The translations under genes were made by a program, and so were the position numbers. A stretch of DNA of 42,338 bases, taken from positions 1 through 42,338 of the forward strand of contig JAUWYE010000002.1 of NCBI GenBank assembly GCA_030615965.1. The letters run 5' to 3'. Positions 8,489 to 16,637 of this stretch are shown piece after piece. Under the pieces are notes generated by a model, which saw nothing but the letters and a program-made list of their open reading frames with translations, was not told the origin of the DNA and did not search any database. The first letter of the stretch is position 1; each line of letters starts with the position of its first letter. The stretch comes from Dehalococcoidia bacterium (GTDB taxonomy: Bacteria > Chloroflexota > Dehalococcoidia > GIF9 > AB-539-J10).

Positions 8489-9163
8489 ATGACCACAAAT
8501 AGAGAAGTTTTCGACCAAATAGCTGAAAGCTGGTATCGGGTGAGGCATTGGCCTTTATTAAAAGAAGAGCTAGAGGAGCTGGCGGCAAGATGGCAAAGTG
8601 GAAAGCTGCTAAATGTGGGCTGCGCTCACGGACCGGACTTCTTGCCTTTCAGCCAAGGCTTTGAACTCTGGGGAGTAGATTCCTCCCCAGCCATGCTTGA
8701 GCAAGCTCTGAGATATTCTGCCAAGTTTAAGCTTTATGTCAACTTAATGGCCGCTGATGCCTCGTCCCTGCCCTTCCCCAATAATACCTTCGATTGGGCA
8801 ATATCAGTAGCCACTTACCACCACATCAAAGGCAGAGAGGAAAGGGGAAAAGCATTCGTAGAATTAAAGCGGGTATTAAAGCCCCAGGGCGAGGCCTTTT
8901 TAACCGTGTGGAACCACGGACAACCAGGGTTCTGGTTCAAATCAAAAGAGCGACAAGTCCCCTGGAGGCTAAAAGAAAAAACAATTTACCGCTACTATCA
9001 CCTTTTCTCTTATGGCGAGCTAAGAAAGCTATTAGTCAAAACTGGCTGGGAAATCATTACTATGTCACCAGAGAAGTCCTATCATTTCCCGATAAGGAAT
9101 TTCTCACGCAATATATGCGTTCTGGTAAAGAAACAAAGCACCCCTCGGGTACCAGCGGTGTAA
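8489..9163 (+). CDS. Trm9/ALKBH8-like class I SAM-dependent methyltransferase
   Basis: VFDQIAESWYRVRHWP, NVGCAHGPDF, FDWAISVATYHHIKGREERGKAFVELKRVLKPQGEAFLTVWN and IYRYYHLFSYGEL align block for block with yeast Trm9. The corresponding Trm9 blocks, recalled from memory, are VYNEIAPHFSQTRYKPWP, DVGCGNGKYL, FDFAISIAVVHHWSTRERR...GGQALIYCWA and KYRYYHLYREGEL. Confidence 0.75.
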   Translation: MTTNREVFDQIAESWYRVRHWPLLKEELEELAARWQSGKLLNVGCAHGPDFLPFSQGFELWGVDSSPAMLEQALRYSAKFKLYVNLMAADASSLPFPNNTFDWAISVATYHHIKGREERGKAFVELKRVLKPQGEAFLTVWNHGQPGFWFKSKERQVPWRLKEKTIYRYYHLFSYGELRKLLVKTGWEIITMSPEKSYHFPIRNFSRNICVLVKKQSTPRVPAV

Positions 9164-9229
9164 CGCTTTAGCCCTACACAAAACTCGATATCTCTAAACT
9201 TCCGTAGGGGCGATACTTTAGACCCGCAG

Positions 9230-12200
9230 CTACGGAGCCGTTTGCTCACTGGATGAGTCTTGACCCAGCTTCACCCTCCCAGGAAATCCAGCCTCGCTAA
9301 GGCCAATGAAGACCTCCACCAACTTAGGGTCAAACTGAATCCCGGCACCTTGCCTAATCTCTTTTACTACCTCCTCACGAGACAAGGCAGGACGGTAAGG
9401 ACGGGCAGAACTCATAGCTTCAAAGTTGTCAGCTATGGCGAGGATGCGAGCTTCTATGGGAATCTCTTCGCCTTTCAGCCCTTCAGGATAGCCACCACCA
9501 TCCCACCTCTCATGATGATGTAAAATGCTACTTACACAGGAAACTAGATGGGGTATGTTACCGACGATATTTGCCCCTACCCTGGGATGAGCCTTAAGCG
9601 CTTCCCAATTTTCTCTATTAAGCTTCCCCTTTTTGTTAAGCACACTATCGGGAATGCCAATTTTGCCAATGTCGTGAAGCAAAGCAGCAGTGCTCACCCT
9701 AGATACCTCATCAGGCGATAGCCCAATCGCTTCCGCCAAAGCCTCGGCATAAGTGCTAACTTTCCTGGAATGACCATAGGCATATGGATCTCTAGCCTCC
9801 ACTGCCGAGACTAAGGCATAAACACTACTCAAACCGTTATGCTTGGCATAAATCCCCTGAATCCCTCCGTAGTGCGGTGGCTCGGATAAAATCTTGGAAG
9901 AGAGGAAGATCCGATTACCTCCAGTTCGCTTAGCATGATAAAGCGCAGTATCAGCCACATCAACAAGTTCATCAGATACCACTCCATCTGTAGGATAGCT
10001 AGCCAAGCCAATGCTGCAAGTTACAGTAATTGCCTTCTTCTTCATCTCCCGGGCAATATGCTCTCGAACTCGCTCAGCTACGACATAGGCATCATCCATA
10101 GCTGCCTGGGGCAAAATGACAACAAATTCATCGCCGCCATAGCGAAAAGGCTGATCAGCATTCCTGATAGAGCTTTCGATAATTTTCCCTACATGGCTCA
10201 GAAAAATGTCCCCGGCGGGATGCCCATATACATCGTTATAGATCTTAAAGTTATCCAGGTCAAGCATGAATATAGAGAACACCTCGCCATAACGAGAATG
10301 CCGGGAAATCTCATCTCTGAGTCGCTCTTCAAAATGACGGCGATTAAATAGCCCGGTAAGCGCATCCATACGAGACTTTTGTTCCAATTGGGCATAAAGT
10401 TGCGCATTCTCAACTGGCGCAGCAATCTGCAAAGCCACCTTTTCCAGAAGTTGTATTTGCCTGCCACTGTAAGCGCTAGGTTTGCGGCTGGCCAAAATCA
10501 GGCTGCCAATAGTACGGTCTGTGACACTCAAGGGCAGGTAAACAATAGAACGAATCCCTCGCTTCATGTGACTCTCCGCGGTCCAGAATCTGTGGTATCG
10601 TTTCAGATCAGCTTCATATACGGCCTGCTTGTCCCGGTACACCAACTCCGTAGCCGTCCCTTCAAGCGGTATCCTCTCATCCGGCTGCCAAGCAGAACCT
10701 ATGGTGCTGGATAGAGCCAGAAAATGAAGCTCACTTCCATCAATTAAAGCAATTGATGCCCAATCAATATCCACCACTTTCTTTAATTCCTGGGCGAACC
10801 CCTCAAATATCATCTGAATGCTCATGCTGGAGGTTATGATGGCGGTTAAACGGTTAACCAGGGTTGTTTCTTCGTCTTGTTCCCTCAATTGCTCATGGGA
10901 ATACTCCTTTTCCATGCTCGCTGCCACCTGGGCGGTGATAAACTCCAGTAAATCAATATCCTCAACGGTGTAAAGCCTCCCATCTCGCCTCTCACTTATT
11001 GCCAGAACAGCCACAAGCTTCCCCTTGTTCATTAAGGGAACGAATGTCTTCACCCCTGCCAATTGGATTTCTTCTCTCTCCTCCTCCCATATAGATTGGA
11101 ATTCAGGAAAGATAGCGAGATTCCTTTCCGGCAATATGGTGCTTTCGTTCTCCAGCCAGGTCACAACAGGACTATCTGCCCTTAATGTCAACTCCCCCAT
11201 AGGATTATCCTCCACAGGAGGGTAGCTAAATCGGGCGCTAAAACCTCCGTTTCCAGCCTGGGGCAAAAGCAGACAAGCTCTCCGACAGTCAAGGGACTGA
11301 GCAAGTAGTGATATAAATTCGCTGCCCAACTGCTCCAGGGTGGGAACATCGTGTATCTTGGTGATAAACTGAGATAACTGCCTGCGATAGGAGTATCTTG
11401 CCCCGATAAAGGCTTCCTCCACCTTCTTTTGCCAGAGGTCGCGCACCTTGTGACTAAAAAACAGAATAGCGGGAATTCCTAGACCGATGGCTACCGCTAA
11501 AGAGGCAAAATTAAGCTCAAAGCCGACGAACCGGTGAGCAAACCTAAAAAATAGTAACACCATGCCAACACTACCGCCATAGAGGACTACGTATATCAGG
11601 GCTTGACGGAATACAACCCTGATATCCACCAGACGGTGGGTCACAACGGCGTAGGTTAAGACACAGGCCATGATAAGATTGCCAATATGGCTCACAGGAA
11701 ATTCGCCTCCACGGGGACCAACGGAGCTAAAAATGAACACCGTTAGGATAGCAATAGAAGCGAGTAAATAAACAATCTGATTACGCTCCGCAGGGTCAGG
11801 CGAAATCTTGTGCCTTCGCAGCAAAGAATATACATCCCTGGTGCCTACTGTGAAAAGAAAAAGTAAACATATAACAATAATCCAGGGGCCATAATCAACA
11901 TTGATACCGCTGGCAGTGACTTCAATGTTACGGGGGAGATAGCCCAATGCTGTCAGGACAATGGTGGCTATCAGGAAGATATAAGCCAATGGTATCTTGA
12001 TGCGTTCAGACTGGTAGAAAGAGCAGATAAAATAATGAAGTTGGACTAGCATCCAGATCACAAGGCAGATGCCAATTCTAATTAGGAGGAGCTTGTATGG
12101 CATAAGGAAATCGCTGCGGAAGAGAACGATGCTCAAACTCCACAATATGGTAGGAATCAAGAATAGGAAGAAAAGCCTATGCTTTCGTTGCCATGGCCGG

Positions 12201-12274
12201 TTAGATAGCAAAATAACAAATAAGGGGATATAAGCAATCGTAGCAATTAAGGGAACTAAAACATGGACATTCAT
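9230..12274 (-). CDS. Membrane sensor with 7TM N-terminus, GAF domains, a GGDEF diguanylate cyclase and an HD-GYP phosphodiesterase
   Basis: 1014 aa with about 7-8 N-terminal TM helices. The GGDEF site RYGGDEF is intact and is preceded by the I-site RNAD five residues upstream. The HD-GYP motifs are LLHDIGKIGIP and HHERWDGGGYPEGL. Confidence 0.9.
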   Translation of the reverse strand: MNVHVLVPLIATIAYIPLFVILLSNRPWQRKHRLFFLFLIPTILWSLSIVLFRSDFLMPYKLLLIRIGICLVIWMLVQLHYFICSFYQSERIKIPLAYIFLIATIVLTALGYLPRNIEVTASGINVDYGPWIIVICLLFLFTVGTRDVYSLLRRHKISPDPAERNQIVYLLASIAILTVFIFSSVGPRGGEFPVSHIGNLIMACVLTYAVVTHRLVDIRVVFRQALIYVVLYGGSVGMVLLFFRFAHRFVGFELNFASLAVAIGLGIPAILFFSHKVRDLWQKKVEEAFIGARYSYRRQLSQFITKIHDVPTLEQLGSEFISLLAQSLDCRRACLLLPQAGNGGFSARFSYPPVEDNPMGELTLRADSPVVTWLENESTILPERNLAIFPEFQSIWEEEREEIQLAGVKTFVPLMNKGKLVAVLAISERRDGRLYTVEDIDLLEFITAQVAASMEKEYSHEQLREQDEETTLVNRLTAIITSSMSIQMIFEGFAQELKKVVDIDWASIALIDGSELHFLALSSTIGSAWQPDERIPLEGTATELVYRDKQAVYEADLKRYHRFWTAESHMKRGIRSIVYLPLSVTDRTIGSLILASRKPSAYSGRQIQLLEKVALQIAAPVENAQLYAQLEQKSRMDALTGLFNRRHFEERLRDEISRHSRYGEVFSIFMLDLDNFKIYNDVYGHPAGDIFLSHVGKIIESSIRNADQPFRYGGDEFVVILPQAAMDDAYVVAERVREHIAREMKKKAITVTCSIGLASYPTDGVVSDELVDVADTALYHAKRTGGNRIFLSSKILSEPPHYGGIQGIYAKHNGLSSVYALVSAVEARDPYAYGHSRKVSTYAEALAEAIGLSPDEVSRVSTAALLHDIGKIGIPDSVLNKKGKLNRENWEALKAHPRVGANIVGNIPHLVSCVSSILHHHERWDGGGYPEGLKGEEIPIEARILAIADNFEAMSSARPYRPALSREEVVKEIRQGAGIQFDPKLVEVFIGLSEAGFPGRVKLGQDSSSEQTAP

Positions 12275-12620
12275 GATATTACCCTTATAAAGTCAAACAC
12301 ATAAATCCCGACACAATTTTACCTGTCATTCTGAGCCCCTCACTTCTTGTCATTCTGAGGGAGCGAAGCGACCGAAGAATCTCTTCTTCACTCTGCTCAG
12401 GATAGGGCCTGGAGACCCTTCGCTACGCTCAGGGTGACAAATAATAAACTCCACAAAGCTATTATTGACATAAATTTGGAAGCTGTCAAGAAGGACTATA
12501 GTAATCCCCCAAAAGTACTAGGTGTTCTCAGTCACATGCTTTCCCAGCATAGGGCGAGCTTGAAGCTTCACCTTTTTCATTCTGGGCTACAGGCGAAGAA
12601 TCTGCGAAGAGCTTAGAGTG

Positions 12621-12651
12621 ATAAACGAAAGGGCGAGGTTAAAACCTCGCC
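12621..12651 (-). terminator. Candidate intrinsic terminator of the GH3-like gene
   Basis: The minus strand reads GGCGAGG-TTTTAA-CCTCGCC followed by CTTTCGTTTAT. It lies about 45 nt downstream of the stop at 12696. Confidence 0.4.
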
Positions 12652-12695
12652 TGCCTTGTCCTGTGGCAAGGCGTCCTGTTTTTCTCTAAACTATG

Positions 12696-14372
12696 CTACT
12701 CTCGTGGAGCAGCCGCACGTTCGGCTTCAGTTACTGGCGCAGCCTCCACCACCACCCTTGGAGCTCTCAGCAAAGAAAGCACTTCGTCAGAGGGGTTAAT
12801 ATGCGGCGGCCTCAGGCTTTCCAAAGTGGCCCCCTCAGACCGCCGTTGAGAGATATAACTGGAGAAGGCGCCCTGAGGAAGAAAAGTAACTGCTATCGGT
12901 CTTAGGCCAAGGAACTTTGTAGCATTACCATAGGCATACTTATAAAGATTGAAGTGATAAACACCGTCTAATTTCTCCAGTTCATTGTACACAGATGCAG
13001 TCACGCTCTGCTCACTGGCAATATAGTTACCTTTGAGCTCAATATAGATATGTAAAGCTGGCTTATTACTGATCACCTCCTTGCATGCTGTCCAATCTAC
13101 ATAAGGAATACCAGTATTTTCAATCGCCTCCCCGATTAGTTTTTCCGTCAAATAACCAATACCGAATATGATAACAAGGTCATCAGCTCGCTTTTCAAAC
13201 ACCATCTGGGGAATATCAATACCTAACTTTTCGTTTCGGAGCGAAGTTATTCTGACCATATCACCAGGTCTATATCGAGTCATAATACCGCCATGAAAAT
13301 TGGTGATGACTATCTCGTATTTCTCACCAGCCTTTACTTCGTCTAGCAAGACGGTCTTCGGCTGGTAGGAATGGTCTAATTGCCATTTGAACCACTCTCT
13401 TTCGGGAATGAACTCAAAGAAGTTGAGGTTGGGAACAAAAGTCATACCTTCATAGTCCCAGGTCTGAACGGCGTAAATACCGCCCTCAGTGCCACCATAC
13501 AGCTCCAGAGGGCGTCTCCCCCACAGTTCTTCCACGCTCTCCTGAAAAATAGCGCTATCAATGCCGCCACCGACAATCGCTTTGAGGGACCATAAGTCTT
13601 TGGGCAGCATAGGGCGATGAGCCAGCTTGCTCTTAACTAATCCTTTAATTAAGCGAGCAGATGCGTTGGGGTGGGATAATAAAAAGCGGGTGTCTACATT
13701 TATTATTCCTTGCCTGAACATCTCACCAACATAAACCATGATGGAAGACAAACCGCCACAACTATCAAGACCCCGATATAAGGCTTCCTTAAAGCCAGCT
13801 TTTATCTTTTCTTGAAGAGAACTCCCATCAGCCTTAGAAGGCAAGAAATCGCAGCCAAGCGCTTTCTTTATCATATATCCTATAACACCAGTCCCATAAT
13901 ATCGTGAACCCAGGGTGGACAAGGTTTTCATATGTTCTTTCATTGGAAAATCACCTTGAGGGTTGCAAGAGGCAAGAAGCCCAATGCCACCAGCCACCCG
14001 CTCAAACTCATACAAGAACCTCTCAGAAAACGGCACCAATTTGACGTTATATTCGCCAGCCCTGCCTATAGTATGTGCCCATATGGCAGGCTTGGTCGGC
14101 AATACGTCTTCCCTTTTTTCCACAAGCTCAGGTAGGTAATCGGCGTAGGTGGTCAAGGGTACCTGCTCTCGAAATTCTTCCACCGTCTCAGGCATGGCAC
14201 CACGCATCACCTTCCTGCCCAGCTCGCTGTTCTTTAATAGCTCAATCTCCTCCAGAAGCAGTCTCTTCTGGATAGCCATAAACTGCTCCAGGCTGAGGTA
14301 AATAAAGCCGCAGCACATCTGCCATAGCTCCTCTTTTCTCCCCTCGCGCAGTAAATCAACGGGACTTGTCAT
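12696..14372 (-). CDS. GH3-family (acyl-adenylate-forming, ANL-like) protein
   Basis: LELYGGTEGG and ITNFHGGIMTRYRPGDMVRIT resemble the GH3 blocks Y.SEG and T..GLYRYR.GD. I placed the start at the ATG at 14372 (MTSPVD), 7 nt after GGAGGG. The ORF track starts 10 codons earlier, at 14402. Confidence 0.55.
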   Translation of the reverse strand: MTSPVDLLREGRKEELWQMCCGFIYLSLEQFMAIQKRLLLEEIELLKNSELGRKVMRGAMPETVEEFREQVPLTTYADYLPELVEKREDVLPTKPAIWAHTIGRAGEYNVKLVPFSERFLYEFERVAGGIGLLASCNPQGDFPMKEHMKTLSTLGSRYYGTGVIGYMIKKALGCDFLPSKADGSSLQEKIKAGFKEALYRGLDSCGGLSSIMVYVGEMFRQGIINVDTRFLLSHPNASARLIKGLVKSKLAHRPMLPKDLWSLKAIVGGGIDSAIFQESVEELWGRRPLELYGGTEGGIYAVQTWDYEGMTFVPNLNFFEFIPEREWFKWQLDHSYQPKTVLLDEVKAGEKYEIVITNFHGGIMTRYRPGDMVRITSLRNEKLGIDIPQMVFEKRADDLVIIFGIGYLTEKLIGEAIENTGIPYVDWTACKEVISNKPALHIYIELKGNYIASEQSVTASVYNELEKLDGVYHFNLYKYAYGNATKFLGLRPIAVTFLPQGAFSSYISQRRSEGATLESLRPPHINPSDEVLSLLRAPRVVVEAAPVTEAERAAAPRE

Positions 14373-14424
14373 AGCTATCCCTCCAGCTTTCCTCCGTGTC
14401 ATTCAGAATGACAAAGAGAACTAC

Positions 14425-14497
14425 ATTATCCTGAAGATAGTATGACAGGGCTGGGAATAACTTGGGAAGAGATTATGTTCTAGAAGATAGTTCTATT
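14425..14497 (-). repeat. 73-nt module B, copy 1, directly upstream of the GH3-like gene
   Basis: This is the reverse complement of 26685-26757 with 2 mismatches by eye. It contains TAGAAC-N7-TAGAAC and the TTCTAGAA palindrome. Confidence 0.9.
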
Positions 14498-14545
14498 TGA
14501 AGCTGTGGAGAATGTGATTGTGGAGAAAAATGCGAGGAAAGAAAG

Positions 14546-14866
14546 TCAGGAGCTTTTTACTTTTGCCGAGCTACCTAAACTTTGCAGTTTCTGGGCTAAT
14601 TGCTCGAATTCGTTATCGCTAGGTTGCTTGCCTAGCTCCAACCCATAGCTGATAAAGAATTCCAGGAAATTGCGCAATAGTTCTTTCGTTCCTTCCTGAA
14701 ACTGGTGAAATTCCTCTCGGGTTACGCTGCCTTGCTTTTTACTTTCTTCCTTCAACTGACTCTCAATAAGAAAGTTGATGAACTCAGACCGGTCCATATC
14801 ACCACGATTGTCGTCTACCTTTTTCACCAGCTCAGCATCTACTATTAGCATCCTTTTTTCAGACAT
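14546..14866 (-). CDS. Small protein with a ribbon-helix-helix-like N-terminus
   Basis: 106 aa. MLIVDAELVKKVDDNRGDMDRSEFINFLIESQL fits a CopG/RHH strand-helix-helix pattern. No firmer homology was recognised. Confidence 0.45.
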   Translation of the reverse strand: MSEKRMLIVDAELVKKVDDNRGDMDRSEFINFLIESQLKEESKKQGSVTREEFHQFQEGTKELLRNFLEFFISYGLELGKQPSDNEFEQLAQKLQSLGSSAKVKSS

Positions 14867-14978
14867 ATACCGCTCCTATCATACTTAACACTCCTCAGAT
14901 TTTAGATTTTTATGTTAAATAAGGGGTGACCTCACGCTACTTCCAGGCACCCCTCTATAACTCCACAACATCCGAGCC

Positions 14979-15263
14979 TCAAGCTCCATTGCCATTATGA
15001 CCATTTCGGAACTCGAGTACTTCAATTATGCAGTTTATATTTTTGAGCAGCTCTCCGCCTTTATCCGTTACCTGATAGGTAACTACGGGATTTCCCACCT
15101 TCACCTTGTTAATGAACCCGTGGCTCAAGAGGAAACCAAGATACTTCTGTATCTGGGCATAGCTCATATTGGCGCTATACATAATCTCCGTCTTGCCAGC
15201 GCCATTTTCCCCAACTCTGAGCATATCAGCTATTATCTCTATATTAGACCTTCGCCGATTCAT
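14979..15263 (-). CDS. Winged-helix DNA-binding protein (archaeal-type small wHTH, PF14947-like)
   Basis: 94 aa, reading RRSNIEIIADMLRVGENGAGKTEIMYSANMSYAQIQKYLGFLLSHGFINKV. Confidence 0.55.
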   Translation of the reverse strand: MNRRRSNIEIIADMLRVGENGAGKTEIMYSANMSYAQIQKYLGFLLSHGFINKVKVGNPVVTYQVTDKGGELLKNINCIIEVLEFRNGHNGNGA

Positions 15264-15371
15264 TATACCACCCCATTATGTACACTTTTAGCTTATTACT
15301 ATTATACTACCTCAATGGCACTTGTCAAGCCCCCAAATGCTTGGCAGTGCAGCGTGATATAATATAGACTA

Positions 15372-15399
15372 TTGACACCAAAGAGGATTACGTTATACG
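15372..15399 (+). promoter_or_regulatory. Candidate sigma70-type promoter P1 (response regulator gene)
   Basis: TTGACA, a 16-nt spacer and TATACG. The 33-nt block gactattgacaccaaagaggattacgttatac is nearly identical to 22623-22653. Confidence 0.5.
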
Positions 15400-15481
15400 A
15401 TAAATCACTGGAGATAAATCTAAATAACCAAGAGGGTGTTTAAATTAAAAAAAGATGTAAATCTTCGTCAGGAGGCAACCG

Positions 15482-16186
15482 ATGGACAAGATCAAAGTGA
15501 TGATAATTGATGAGCAAGCATTTTTCAGAGCTGGGGTGCGTCAGACTCTGTCTCAACAATCTGACCTGGAGATATTGGAATGCGACCCAACTCAGAATGC
15601 ACTCGAGCTAATTGAAGCTAATCTCCCTGATGTTGCTTTACTTGGCTCTGACCTGACTAGCTTCAGCGGGATTGAGCTGGGTAGAAAAATTGCCCAACAC
15701 CACCCCAATACTAAAGTCATAGTGCTAAGCCCTGACCCTAATGATGAAGAGCTTTTTGAGGTTATTAAGACTGCAGCCGTAGCCTGCTTGAGTAAGAAAG
15801 CCACTGCCGACGAGCTGGCTAGCACTATAAGACGAGCCTACAGTGGTGAATACCCCATAAATGAAAGCTTGATGGCTAGACCCAGGGTTGCCACGCATAT
15901 ATTAAACCAATTTCGCGGTTTTACGAGAACTATGGAAGGCGTAGCTGCTCCTCTTACCAAAAGGGAAACGCAGATTCTAACCTACATTGCTGAGGGCAAC
16001 TCAAATAAAGAAATCGCCCATATTCTGGAAATCAGCGAGCAAACAATCAAGAATCATGTCAGCGCTATCCTTCGTAAGCTAAATGCTAATGATAGAGCCC
16101 ACGCTGTTACTCTCGCCCTGCGAGGCGGTTGGATTTCACCGGAAGCAAAACCACGAAGGGTATTAGAGGATTTTGATGGAATTTGA
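15482..16186 (+). CDS. NarL/LuxR-family response regulator (REC + LuxR HTH)
   Basis: The REC domain shows IIDEQ, LLGSDL, VIVLS and CLSKK. The C-terminus reads LTKRETQILTYIAEGNSNKEIAHILEISEQTIKNHVSAILRKL. Confidence 0.9.
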   Translation: MDKIKVMIIDEQAFFRAGVRQTLSQQSDLEILECDPTQNALELIEANLPDVALLGSDLTSFSGIELGRKIAQHHPNTKVIVLSPDPNDEELFEVIKTAAVACLSKKATADELASTIRRAYSGEYPINESLMARPRVATHILNQFRGFTRTMEGVAAPLTKRETQILTYIAEGNSNKEIAHILEISEQTIKNHVSAILRKLNANDRAHAVTLALRGGWISPEAKPRRVLEDFDGI

Positions 16187-16230
16187 ATGCCACTCGGGCG
16201 GGGACAAGCCCCACCCCTACGATATTGAAA

Positions 16231-16329
16231 AATCCTAAATCCCAAGCACCAAATATTAAACAAATTCTAAATTCCAAATTTCAAATTCAAAATCGTTTAG
16301 CCCTTTGGATTTTGGTCATTTGATATTGT
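16231..16329 (+). repeat. AT-rich repeat module D (AATCCTAAAT...GGTCATTTGATATTGT), copy 1
   Basis: About 100 nt that are near-identical to 28018-28116. It is followed by the hairpin GTCCCGACATTGTCGGGA and by GGATTTAG/GGATTTGG iterations up to about 16440. Confidence 0.85.
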
Positions 16330-16536
16330 CCCGACATTGTCGGGAGGAAATCGGCATTTAGGATTTAGAGTTTCCCTCTTCAGGGCTTGGAGTTTAGGAT
16401 TTGGAGCGAAGCGACTTTGGGATTTAGAATTTAGCCCCCGACAAGTCGGGGGCTAAAACCAACAACTCTTGTAGGGGAAGGACTTGTCCCCTCCCAATCC
16501 ACGGGAGACCACAAGGGACCCCCCCCAAAAGTTCTA

Positions 16537-16564
16537 TTGACAAACTAATCAGATATGCTAAATT
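16537..16564 (+). promoter_or_regulatory. Candidate promoter P5 (pilB-pilC unit)
   Basis: ctaTTGACA, a 16-nt spacer and TAAATT, about 75 nt upstream of the pilB start. Confidence 0.45.
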
Positions 16565-16637
16565 ATATTTATGTTCTGGGAGAGGGAGACTATTACGCCC
16601 TAGTTAACTTGGGTTAAGACATGGTTAAAACCTTGCC

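Noticed and set aside
9260-11225. Multiple 60-140-aa ORFs antisense to, or out of frame within, the 1014-aa sensor gene. Similar internal ORFs lie inside tkt, elp3, the GH3-like gene, pilB, pilC, pilM, gatB and others.
   Set aside because: They are fully nested in long ORFs that carry strong domain signatures. They have no independent coding evidence.
12290-12695. A possible ncRNA or riboswitch in the 420-nt gap between the sensor gene and the GH3-like gene.
   Set aside because: The sequence is explained by family G repeat units (GTCATTCTGAG...GAAGAATCTC) plus a terminator-like hairpin. I recognised no conserved riboswitch core.
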